Source of the DNA: Octopus bimaculoides
Lineage: Eukaryota
Direction: 5' to 3'
DNA: 57,454 nucleotides
Assembly (NCBI RefSeq): GCF_001194135.2
Contig: NC_068994.1
Location: 40,089,033 to 40,146,486 of the forward strand
How positions within the stretch are numbered: position 1 is the stretch's first letter; each line of letters begins with the position of its first letter. Shown here piece after piece: positions 1 through 11,100 of this stretch. A model generated the notes under the pieces. That model saw only the letters and a program-made list of their open reading frames with translations, had not been told where the DNA came from and searched no databases. The translations under genes were made by a program, and so were the position numbers.

Positions 1-84
<84 letters not shown>

Positions 85-330
85 ACACACGCATATGAAA
101 ATACACATATATATGTACATATCTATCTATCTGTCTATTTATTTACCTATCTGTCTATATATCTATATCTATCTATATATATATATATACATACCTACAT
201 ATACGTGTATGCATGTATGTATGTGTGTACGTTTGAAGGTATCGTGTCTATGTATCCATATATGTGTGTGTGTGTTTGTATGTATATATATATATGCATA
301 CACTCAGACACACACATACATACATACATT
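1..330. repeat. (AT)n microsatellite grading into mixed TA/CA/TATC repeats
   Basis: Pure (AT)n 1-76, then interspersed dinucleotide and tetranucleotide repeats. Confidence 0.95.
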
Positions 331-884
331 CATATAATACTCCCACAACTTTTAGAGGAAACAGTATTGCATTTTGTATATTCTTAACAAAATAATATGT
401 ATGTAGTTTATGAATAAAACACATTGCCTCAACCATTTCCACAAAAGCAATGCTATTTCTTTGAATATCCTTGCTGTGCGTATCTACAACTGCAGCAACT
501 ACAGTTTACAACTTCTGAAATAACACATTACTTGTACTAGCTCTAGAACCATCAGCAAGCTTTTTCTCTGGTGACAGTGTGCTTCTGCTCTAATTCATGT
601 TCTATAGCTGTGTGAATGAGCAAAGCTTGTGAGTGACTGAATTTGTATGCATTAGACTAGTTACTTTTGTGTTACATTTTGTTTTTAATGTGCAAATTAC
701 TGCCATAAGCCATAGGACGTCACCGTGAATATATATATGTGATATATGTGTGTGTATATATATATATATATACACATACACACAGACATATATGTATACA
801 CACACACACAGACATATATATATACACATACATATATATACACATATATACATACACATATATATATATGTATATGTATATATA

Positions 885-1157
885 TCATCATCATCATCGT
901 TTAATGTCCGCTTTCCATGCTAGCATGGGTTGGACGATTTGACTGATGACTGGTGAAACCAGTTGGCTACACCAGGCTCCAATCCGATTTGGCAGAGTTT
1001 CTACAGCTGGATGCCCTTCCTAACGCCAACCACTCAGAGAGTGTAGTGGGTGCTCTTACGTGTCACCCGCACAAGAGCCAGTCCAGGGGCACTGGCAATG
1101 ATCTCGCTTGAAAATCCTACGAAGGCCAGTCAGGTGGTACTGGCAACGGCCACGCTC
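885..1157 (-). mobile_element. 3' tail of RTE-type LINE family (5'-truncated copy or tail-sharing SINE)
   Basis: Reverse complement matches the 3' UTR of the LINE at 30912-33300 (GGTTGGCGTTAGGAAGGGCATCCAGCTGTAGAAA...GGACATTAAACGATGATGATG); TA microsatellite on both sides. Confidence 0.85.
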
Positions 1158-1192
1158 ATATATATATANNNNNNNNNNTATGTATGTATGTA

Positions 1193-1224
<32 letters not shown>

Positions 1225-1499
1225 GATAGATAGATATATGTGTGTATATATACACACACATACATATATGTATACACACACACACATATATATACACACA
1301 CATATATATATGTATATATATATGCATACACACACACACTTGTATGTATGTATGCATATATATATGTGCGTATGCATGCATGTAATTTGTTTCGAATTTG
1401 TGCAAATGTGTATAGAATAATATATCAGTTGAATAAAGTTAAAACATGGTCTGGTTTTCACGTTTTTTTATTATGGTATTTTAACATTAAAAAATATTT

Positions 1500-2150
1500 C
1501 ATAATGCTCATAAAGTTAAATTAGTGTTTTCATACATAGAGTAATCATCAGATTTCAATTGTATTTAACTGACAGTTGAGTTCTTGACAAATTTAGTACC
1601 TTTTAGAATGCTCCAGCAAGCTAAATTTTTAGAATACGGTTTTGACCAATCCACATGCATCTCAAACACCCAAGTTTGCTAGGCGTAGTGATATTCAGTA
1701 ATTTATTTATATTTGTATGCTAGAGATATTTTTTAATCCAAATCATTAACTGGTTGTTATATTATTGCTATTATTTCCATCCAAAACAGGTTTGAACATT
1801 TTAATAAACCGTTTTTCTTTTATCTTTCTTCCAACCTCACTTGTGTCATGTAGTTTGTGAAAGGGAAAAATTAGAAACATTTTCTGACCACATGTCTCTA
1901 TATGTTCGCTCAATGGAATTTGGAAAACATTGGTGTTCTGGATTTGTTGTCTGTGGACTCATGAGCATTCTGATAATGCATTCCCTGTCTTGCCTATATA
2001 AAATTCCTTGCAATTTTGGCATTTAGTGCAGATCAAATTTCTGCAATTGCAGTTCATATCTGCATTTGCCAAAATCTGTCCATTTTTTGGTCCTAATAGA
2101 TCTACCAATATGCATGTATTGACATGTTTCACATCTGTGAATGTTTTATC
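1500..2150 (-). mobile_element. Penelope-like element remnant: GIY-YIG endonuclease C-terminus plus 3' region
   Basis: Frameshifted minus-strand translation 2140-1780: RCETCQY...NCRNLICTKCQNCKEFYIGKTGNALSECS*VHRQQIQN...LSEHIETCG...FPFHKL...FIKMFKP (Cys linker, YIG motif, conserved His); hammerhead-like core follows at 1514-1560. Confidence 0.75.
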
Positions 2151-2159
2151 CCCTCTGCT

Positions 2160-2255
2160 TATTTTTTAAAGCCTGGTACTTATTCTATTGGCCCCTTTGT
2201 TGAACTACCAAATTACAGGAATGTAGACAAACCAACACCAATTGTCAAAGAACAT
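2160..2255 (-). mobile_element. SINE family A 3' fragment
   Basis: Similar to the tail part (aagcctggtacttattctat...aacacc..ttgtcaa) of the full copy at 9773-10193. Confidence 0.55.
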
Positions 2256-2737
2256 AACAAAAATTACAAGAGAAGTTTACAATGAGGTCAGTTCTTACAC
2301 TGAGCTATACAAAGAGACTGTGAGCATTAAACATTAAAGTAATTTTAGATAAGTTCTTTGCACCTCAAGTAGATATTAATGATGAATGATAAGACAAAAA
2401 TAGTGTCTCTCATCTTCCCAGTAACTCTCATTCCATGAACATACATCTCAGACAGTCAACATGTGTTGTAGTAAGACTGTACCCTATAACAATATTGTTA
2501 TTATTATTATTATTTATTTTTTAACATATTATATTTAAAATGTTTTTAATGTATACAAATTATACTTTGTATGTTTATAAATTATTTTCCACACATAAAA
2601 GTGATCATATCTCTTGGGGTTTTTTAGTTTTTGCTGCTTTTTTGAAAATATCCATTAGAATTCATTATCACTTTATAATAATTAAAGGAATTTCTGCATT
2701 TATATTTAACTTCTTGACGTTAATATTAGCTCAAGTG

Positions 2738-2958
2738 AAAGAGGCAAGGTGGTAGAATCATTAGCATGCCGGATAATTTTGCTTAGCAGCATTTCGTCCT
2801 TTTTTATGTTCTAAGTTCAAACTCTGCCAAGGTTGACTTTGTCTTTCATCCTTTCAGGGTTGATAAAATAAGAACCAGTTCAGCATTGGAGTCGGTGTAA
2901 TTCTGTTACCCCTTCCCCTGAAATTACTAGCATTGTGCCAAAATTTGAAACCAATATT
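2738..2958 (+). mobile_element. tRNA-headed SINE family C
   Basis: Box B-like AAGTTCAAACTC; homologous to the younger copy at 27552-27782 (gactttgcctttcatcctttc...gataaa..aagtaccag). Confidence 0.75.
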
Positions 2959-3065
2959 AGCTGAAATGTTATTATATTTCATGGTTAGGTACAAATGACA
3001 AGAATCTGATGCTTGGACATTTTGATTTTGATTGTCCATGAAAATAGTTATTTTTACATTACAAC

Positions 3066-3483
3066 AGGCACGGGCATGGCTGTGTGGTTAAGAAGCTTAC
3101 TTTGCGACAATGTTGTTTCAATCCCACCATGCTGCACCTTGGGCAAGTGTCTTCACCTTGGGCAAGTGTTTATAGCCCAAGGCAATAGTAGAAGCCTTGT
3201 GAGTGCTGTGTGAATACATTCTTGCGAATAAACAGAAAGTGTGTGTATGTGTGTGTCATATATTGATAGACATATATATCTCTTGCGTGCGTGTGTGTGT
3301 GTGTGTAGCCTTCTGTTTGTGTTTATTCCATTAACCACTTAACAACTGGTGTTGGTTTGTTTACAACTCCATAACTTTGTGGTTCAGCAAAAGAAACACT
3401 TGGAATAGGTACTAGACTTAAAAGACAAACTACTGAGTCTGATTTGTTTGACTAAACTCTTCAAGGTAGTGCCCCAGCCTGAC
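3066..3483 (+). mobile_element. tRNA-headed SINE family A
   Basis: Box A-like TGGCTGTGTGG, core caccttgggcaagtgt (tandemly duplicated here), central TG repeat and family tail. Confidence 0.8.
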
Positions 3484-3919
3484 AAATAATAGATAATATT
3501 TAAATCATTAACAATAACATGAGTGTTTAGATAATATATGATTAAATCAATTAGATACAGGTATTGATGCCACTCAATTTCTGAAGTATTGTAAACTGAC
3601 AGGTGTGCTTTACATCAATTGTTAAACTTATTCATGAATATGACATAAACAAATTTATATGCATACGCTTAATAAATACTGTGTAAATAGGCTTAAGTAT
3701 CAGAGCTTTCATTGCAGGATGAAGTTATCCACAAAAATGTTTGATTAATAGTGTAATTAATATGCATTGTCAGTGAAAATTGGAAGTATTTGTTCAGACT
3801 TATTACACTCTGAGTTCAGTTTCCATTGAGGTCAACTTTGCTTTTCATCTTTTCAAGAGGTGGAGATCAATAAAAAGATAACAATTCATGGTAGCAAATT
3901 AGCAGAACTGTTATAGGAT

Positions 3920-4400
3920 CAACAATGGGGGCAGGTTTGGTTAGCTGGAAACACCTAGTTCAGAGCCATATGCTGGTGGCTCTTATGTGAAGGTCATCCT
4001 ATCCATGAAGTGTGTTGTGGGTGTTTGGCAGTTGTAGGATGCAACTGAGCTGGCTTATTCAGGATCACAACAGCCTACCACATATGGGAAAGCCCTTATG
4101 AAAGATGGGGTAAACATCAGGCACCACTTTTTTTCCTGACTGGCTTACCGCAGCTATTGGTGACCCACTACAGCAGTAGCAAGAACAAGAAAAAAAAAAA
4201 CTTCTCTTACTGTGGGAACTTTGAATGTACATACACTCCTAGACCTGGATTACTGGGATTGATCCTACAGGTGCACTGATCTAGTAAGCAAAGAGCTGAA
4301 TTGTTATAATGTGGATATCGCAGCCTATCTGAAAGAGGACTTGCTGGCAAGGGCGGTCTTTGTGAAGAAGAAACAAATTACGCCTACAGAGTCAAGTGAG
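3920..4400 (+). mobile_element. RTE/BovB-type LINE 5' end: putative 5' UTR plus start of APE endonuclease, decayed
   Basis: 4203-4385 translates with frameshifts to LTVGTLNVHTLLD...LVSKELNCYNVDIAA(L)SE(T)RLAGKG, the N-terminal APE motif block of RTE elements. Confidence 0.7.
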
Positions 4401-4539
4401 ATGCCTTCAGGATTTGTTCTCACTCTGTGCATTCTGTCTTTCTGATGCAATCTCAAATTGACCAAATACATTGAAAGTAGAATTTAGTTGGTAGAAACTG
4501 TGCAGAATCTCATTGCATGTTTTCTCCCCTCTCTACCCC

Positions 4540-4575
<36 letters not shown>

Positions 4576-4726
4576 NNNNNNNNNNNNNNNNNNNNNNNNN
4601 NNNNNNNNNNNNNNNNNNATATATATATATATATATATATAGGTTTGCATTTGGGCTTCAGTCATTTGTGAATAGACAATTGAAAAACTTGGAATCAACA
4701 AGGAGTACGGTTGGACATTTATATTC

Positions 4727-5029
4727 AATCACTACAATTCTTTCTATGCAACGTAGTTCTCCAGATGTGCAGGTACTTGATTATGCCACCCTTTCCTGCA
4801 TTATGAGATCTAGTTTCGTTTTTTCAGGCGGTATGTAGTATTGTCTCCATTAGCTCAAATTCTCGGCTTCAAGAGCATCCTCTCTGTCGTGGCCTGAAGT
4901 TAGTAGTAGCCACTGAATTTATCAAGTTGTATTGTTGCTAAAGACCCATGGTCCTTCAGGGAAATGGTTGCATAATCAAATACCTGCACACCTAGAAAAC
5001 TGCATTACATAGAAACAATTGTTGTGATT
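4727..5029. mobile_element. MITE-like element with ~70-bp imperfect terminal inverted repeats
   Basis: 4727-4797 is about 80% identical to the reverse complement of 4958-5029; no TSD recognised. Confidence 0.6.
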
Positions 5030-5079
5030 ATAAAAAAATGTTCAGCCATACTCCTTCCTGTTGACTCCAATTTTTTCAA

Positions 5080-5159
<80 letters not shown>

Positions 5160-5184
5160 TCATCTCAANNNNNNNNNNNNNNNN

Positions 5185-5238
<54 letters not shown>

Positions 5239-5489
5239 TCATCTCAAATTAGCAGAGCAGAGCAGCATGGAATTAAGTGCCTTGGTCAAAAGCTCGGTGT
5301 GCTGCCCAGTCTAGAAATGGTATCAGAAATCCTATGATTGTGAGCCTAACCCCTAACCAAAAGGTCATGGGCTGGCATACAAACACAACGCATACATGCA
5401 CACACACACAAGAAAAATTCACACACGTGTATGTTTGTGTGTATCCATGTATGCATGTAAGTATGTGTGAATGTTGTTTTCCTTTATTT

Positions 5490-5893
5490 CATTTAGTTAT
5501 TTCAGTCATTTGACTGTGGTCATGCTGGAGCACTGCTCGACCTCAGGACTTATTTTTTAAGCCTAGTACTTATTCCATCAGTCTCTTTGCTGAACCACTA
5601 AGCTACGGGGACATAAACACATCAACACCAGTTGTCAAGCAGTGATGGGGGAACAAAAGCAAACAAAGATACACACACATAGATATATACACACACAAAT
5701 ACATACATATATGTGTGTGTGTGTATACAACAGGCTGCTTTTAGTTTCCATTTATTAAATCTATTCATGGAGCTTTGGTCGGTCTGAGGCTATAGTAGAA
5801 CACACTTGCTCAAGGTGCCACACAGTGGGACTGTACCTGGAGCCATGTGGTTGGGAAGCAAGCTTTTTTTCACACAACCAATGCTGACACCTA
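5490..5893 (-). mobile_element. SINE family A
   Basis: Colinear with 9773-10193 from head to tail. Confidence 0.85.
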
Positions 5894-5984
5894 TAATGTA
5901 TGTATGTATGCATGTATGTATGTATGTGTGTGTGTATGAATGTATGTATGTTTGTATGAATGTATGCATGATTGTGTCAGGTCA

Positions 5985-6370
5985 GTCTTAGTGCTATTGG
6001 TAGCAATCTATTGCATGGTTGGGCCATTGGTGACTAAACTGGAAACCCTTCCAAATCTTTTCTATAAGAAGATGCTTTTCATTGGACACCCAGCAGAATA
6101 AAAGATAAAAAAACCTGACAAAGGACAGATGAACTCAGTAGAGTCAACAGCCAGCCAACAGCAGAAGTGAGAGATCCTTCGTGTCTGTTTAGATATCTCT
6201 GTTGGAGAAGGAAATTCTAAAATAACGCTTACCTCATTGCAAAGACAGAGATCTTAATTCTGTATGTTTCTGGAATACTTAACTTTGTAGGTGAGAGTCT
6301 TAGTAGTCCTGTGCAAGCTGTTATGGACTTTAAACTGCAGCACAAGTATTGCTAAGAGCCATTGTCTTTA
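5985..6370. repeat. Interspersed repeat family D (copy 1), possibly a LINE 5' UTR
   Basis: Colinear with 40445-40825 (aaggacag.tgaactcagtagagtcaacag...gcctcattgca...agagatct...gactttaaa). Confidence 0.65.
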
Positions 6371-6454
6371 ATATGAAGTCCTTAATATCAAGGAGAAGAT
6401 AATTTGTCAGTGCTGGTCATATTCATCTGTGACCATTTGTGTTTGTATCTATAT

Positions 6455-6749
6455 GCCGTTGCCAGTACCGCCTGACTGGCTCCCGTAGGATTTTCGAGCG
6501 AAATCGTTGCCAGTGCCCCTGGACTGGCTTGTGCAGGTGGCACATAAAAGACACCATTTCGAGCGTGGCCGTTTTCATGTGAGTGACACGTAAAAGCACC
6601 CACTACACTCTCTGAGTGGTTGGCATTAGGAAGGGCATCCAGCTGTAGAAACTCTGCCAAATTTAGATTGGAGCCTGGTGTTGCCATCCGGTTTCACCAG
6701 TCCTCAGTCAAATCGTCCAACCCATGCTAGCATGGAAAGCGGACGTTAA

Positions 6750-6785
<36 letters not shown>
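6455..6785 (+). mobile_element. 3' tail of RTE-type LINE family
   Basis: Hairpin modules, conserved GGAAGGGCATCCAGCTGTAGAAA block and (GAT)n tail. Confidence 0.85.
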
Positions 6786-7194
6786 TGTGTATTTGTCTGT
6801 TTCTATCTATGTTTATGTTTACCAGTGTTATTCATAAACTATTGAATTGATAAAGAGAGACTGATCTAATAAGGCCAACACTAAAATAAGCAGAGATTAT
6901 TATGTCAGACTAAAACTTTTCAAGATGGTGTCCTAGAATTGCATCAATTCAATGAGAGAAACCAGTGCAAGAGTGCCTAAAGGAGGATCTGCATTATTAA
7001 CATGATGTTCTTATATATGTGGACTATATAGTTATCTGACTAAGCAGTGTATTCATATAACTGTAGACATTTTCCGTCCAATGTATGTTCTGTGAGTGGA
7101 GACTTAAACCTTTTAATAACAACATGTCTGATGTACCGCTTCTAGTTCAAGTATACAAAATTAACCATCTCAAGTTGTTAATCTTTAAACTGAG

Positions 7195-7410
7195 GTGGGG
7201 GGAAGGGGATTAACAGAACCATTAGAGCATCTGACAAAATCCCTTGTGGTATTAGTTCTAGCTCTTTATGGGCTGAGTTCAAATCCTGCTAAGGTCAACT
7301 TTGTATTTTATTCTTTAAGGCATCAATCAAATAAAACAACGGGAGAATACTGGGGACAAAAATATCAACTAATCTCCTACCCCATACTTCAGGCTTTGTG
7401 CCTGCAGTGG
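7195..7410 (+). mobile_element. SINE family C, diverged
   Basis: gagttcaaatcctgctaaggtcaactttg core and family tail. Confidence 0.55.
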
Positions 7411-7496
7411 TATCAATCATTTTATCAAAACCTTCCAACAAAATTTGATGTAATAAACCTTTGTTAAATAATGTTTCAAATAACAGCTTTGTTATC

Positions 7497-7925
7497 ATCA
7501 ACATCATCATCAGCTAAAGTCTACTTTTCTATGCTTGCATAGGCCAGATAGAATTTGATGAGGCAGGTTTTGTACATCATGACACCCATTTCTTTTGCTA
7601 AGCCTTACTTGTTTCCAAATAAGGTAATATTTTCCTCATGGCAAGACATATTTTCAGAGAAGATTGGAAATTAGAGATTCCACTTATATGACGGTGAGAC
7701 TTGTATCTTAATAATCCCATCATGTCAAGATAAAGGACACACGGACACACACACACACAACACACAACACGTACATATACATATACAACAGGCTTCTTTC
7801 AGTTTCTGTCTACCAAATCCACTCACAAGGCTTTGGTTGGCCCAAGGCTATAGCATCATGCAGTGGACTGAGCCTGGATCCATGTGGTTGTGAAGTAAAC
7901 TTCTTACCACACAGTTACACCTGTG
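7497..7925 (-). mobile_element. Composite SINE: family A head plus alternative tail ending in (GAT)n
   Basis: 7790-7925 matches the family A head; 7497-7740 matches 45555-45790 rather than the family A tail. Confidence 0.7.
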
Positions 7926-7929
7926 CTTA

Positions 7930-8075
7930 TATGATGGGCTTCTTTCAGTTTCCATCTGTCAGATGCACTCACAAGGCTTCAATTGTTCACTCTCCCTGTG
8001 TGCCACACTATAGGATTGAACGTGGAACCACATATTTAGGAAGCAAACTTCTTAACCACATAGCCATGCCTGCAC
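7930..8075 (-). mobile_element. SINE family A head fragment
   Basis: gatgggcttctttcagtttcc...cactcacaaggct...aagcaaacttcttaaccaca. Confidence 0.65.
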
Positions 8076-8811
8076 CTTTTAATGAAAACAAGAATACCTT
8101 AATAATGAAAATAATGTTACTAAATCTCCACAAATTCTTGATTACAATGTGAATTTCATTAGAAATGTGGTCACAAAAGAGTTAAAACATATGGTCCAAA
8201 CCATAAGTAGGTAGAAGTAATTGTTAATGGAAATTTGGCTTTTATAGTGAGTAGGACAAGGAACTACCTGTTTGCATTATTACAGGCACATGTTTACAGT
8301 TTAGTTTGCCAGTTATGTCTCTGTCTTTACTGCTACCAAGCCTAATATTTTAAAAGCTTTTGTTGCTTTTCCAACTTTCCACTGACATATTGCTTTATTA
8401 ATGAACAAACATGTGCATTCATAGACATGTATGTGTATGTGCGTGTGTGTGTTTGTGTGTGTGCATTTATGTGTGAGTGTCTGCATATGCACAGCTTATA
8501 CGACAGTTTTACACAAGGAGTCTCTAATTGGTTGTTTGAGCGGCTGGAAATAGCAGTCAAATTTCCCTTAAATCAGACCCTACAGACTTAAAAACAAATG
8601 GACATATTAGATAATCTAGTTCTATATACCCCTGATGAAGATGGGATGGTCATGGCTAGAATGATTTTGAGTGTAGGTCAGCCTGATTAGTGTTGAACTG
8701 AGGTTAAACATACATTTATATTTGTATAGAAATATATAGCAGATATTTCAATAGATTTCTTTTAATTTCTAATACCTATTTTTCTCTTTGTTAGTATCTA
8801 GTCCCTTTTAC

Positions 8812-9050
8812 ATGTTTCAGTCATTGGACTGCAGCCATGCTGGAGCATTGCCTTGTAGGTTTTAGATAAAGAAATAGAGCCCAATACTTATCTTTTGAGT
8901 ATGCAGTTCAACCAATGAAAGCAACAGAATAAGTACCAGGCTTAATAAACAAGTACATGGGGAAATTCTTTCAACTAAACCCTTCAAGATGATGCTCCAG
9001 CATGGCTGCTGTCCAATGACTAAAATAACTAAAAGGTCAAAGATAAAAGA
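8812..9050. mobile_element. Two SINE family A tails in inverted orientation
   Basis: 8812-8875 (minus) and ~8905-9050 (plus) both carry tcagtcattggac.gcagccatgctggagca. Confidence 0.7.
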
Positions 9051-9364
9051 CGAAATACTAATAAGTAGTTTAGCCTGTTGGCCCTAATAAGGTGTACGTT
9101 ACTTGACTAACCCATTTTTTTGAGAAGTAAATGAGAATTATATTATCTAGTGACTCCTAAGGCCCAGAAAGACATAGGATAAAGTGGTGAGAAAGGATCT
9201 TCAGATGTTGGGCTTCACAGAGGGGATGACAAGGGTCTGAGACTTCTGGCAGTTTGCTGTGATTGAGAAGACATGGCAAGCTAAGTAAAATCATTGTTGT
9301 TCTTGCAAATGGACACAACCTTTACATGCCTCTTCAGCTGAGCAACCCTAATCTTTCAGGGTTG

Positions 9365-9620
9365 TGGGTGCTGGTGCCATGTAAAAAGTCCCTATGCCAG
9401 AGTCACATAAGAGCACCTGTGCTGGTGCTGTGTAAAAATATCTGGCACACTCTGTAAAATGGTTGGTGTTAGGAAGGGCATCCAGCCAAAGAAACCATGC
9501 CAAAACAGACATAAAGCACGGGCAGCTCTTCAGCTGACCAGTTCCTGTCAAATCGTCCAATCCATTCCAGCATGGAAAACAGACATTAAATAATGATTAC
9601 GATGATGATGGTAGTGATGT
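9365..9620 (+). mobile_element. 3' tail of RTE-type LINE family (diverged subfamily)
   Basis: ggttggtgttaggaagggcatccagc...ccagcatggaaaacagacattaaa plus GAT-rich tail. Confidence 0.8.
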
Positions 9621-9772
9621 GATCTGAAAGTGAGAGGTTTGGTAGCTATTTCTAATTCTTGCTCGTTAAGCAAATCTGTAAAGGTTTCTTTCATTAACTG
9701 ACATTAGCTATGACTGTGGTGATGAGCGAAAGAGTACAGGATAATGAGCTGTCCTTATCATCATTCTCAGTG

Positions 9773-9996
9773 TACTCTTTACTCTTTTACTTGTTTCAGT
9801 CATTTGACTGTGGCCATGCTGGAGCACCGTCTTTAGTCGAGCAAATCGACCCCAAGACTTATTCTTTGTAAGCCTAGTACTTATTCTATCGGTCTCTTTT
9901 GCCAAACCGCTAAGCTACGGGGACGTAAACATACCAACATCGGTTGTCAAGCGATGGTGGGTGGGGGGACAAACACAGACACACAAACACACATAG

Positions 9997-10027
<31 letters not shown>

Positions 10028-10193
10028 TACGATGGGCTTCTTTCAGTTTCTGTCTACCAAATCCACTCACAAGGCTTTGGTCGGCCCGAGGCTACAGTAG
10101 AAGACACTTGCCCAAGGTGCCACGCAGTGGGACTGAACCCGGAACCATGCAGTTGGTAAGCAAGCTACTTACCACACAGACACTCCTGCGCCT
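9773..10193 (-). mobile_element. SINE family A, young full-length copy
   Basis: 5' AGGCGCAGGAGTG, box A/B-like motifs (GGGTTCAGTCCC), many retained CpGs, tail (AAAAGAGT)n; highly similar to 24401-24817. Confidence 0.92.
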
Positions 10194-10419
10194 ATAGTGT
10201 GTTTATCATTCCTTATGATTTCATACAATTTTTCAGTTTGGAAATCTTGCAACTTAAACTTAGTAAGCATATCCATAATTATACTATCTGATTATCTCTA
10301 ATCATATCATCTGATGATGTACTTCCTCTTTGTGACATCTAGCATGTCTCCATGTACAACAACTTCACATAGCTATCCTGTGTGTTTCAACATGAAGACT
10401 GACTAATCTTATTAGGACG

Positions 10420-11100
10420 AACACATAACATACAAATAAAATAAAATAGATAAATAAATACATACACAAACAAGTAAATAAATAAATAAATAAAAGAGAG
10501 AAAGGAAAGACGGTTCTTATTTCCAGCAATATGATACATTAATATCGGTTTCATTGATACAACCTTCGTTATTTGCTTCCTTCCTGTAGTTTGAATACAT
10601 TATTGTAACGGTTTATATTTACTCAATGTTTATAACAAATTATTACCGCTGTTGTTGTTGTTGCTGTTGTTATCATCATCATCATCATCATTATTATTAT
10701 TATTATCATTGGTGTTGATATTTTTTTTGTCGTGCACCATATATTAAGTTTATTGTTTTTTACTATTGCACTGCAAACATTGCTAATTTTTATTTATTCA
10801 TTTTCTCTATCATTAATTATTATCATTGTTGTTGTTATTATCATTATTATTATTATTATTATTATTATTTGTTGTTGTTGTTGTATCACATATAATACTT
10901 TTTAGCGTTTATTGATTTTGGTGTTTTAATGTAACACTTTCTAGCTGACACTGTTTTTGATTGTTGCAATAAAACAGTTTGTTGTTTATATAGTTATAAA
11001 CATGATATTTTATTGTTTGCAAGGCTGCTAAGTATTCAAATAAATCTCTAAATAAATAAATAAATAAATAGAAATAAAAAGAAAATCTAATATACCTGGA
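10420..11100. repeat. AT-rich low-complexity tract with (AAAT)n, (TTG)n, (TCA)n and (TTA)n runs
   Basis: Directly visible short tandem repeats; no SINE inside. Confidence 0.8.

Noticed and set aside
943-965. CTGATGA...GAAA on the plus strand as a hammerhead
   Set aside because: GAAA lies in the loop of a CTGG/CCAG hairpin of the LINE tail, other copies read CTGAGGA, and no stem III or NUH site follows
5142-5248. Direct repeat gcgtgcgtgcgtgcgtgctcatctcaa on both sides of the gap
   Set aside because: Identical contig ends across a 16-N gap indicate an unmerged assembly overlap, not a duplication
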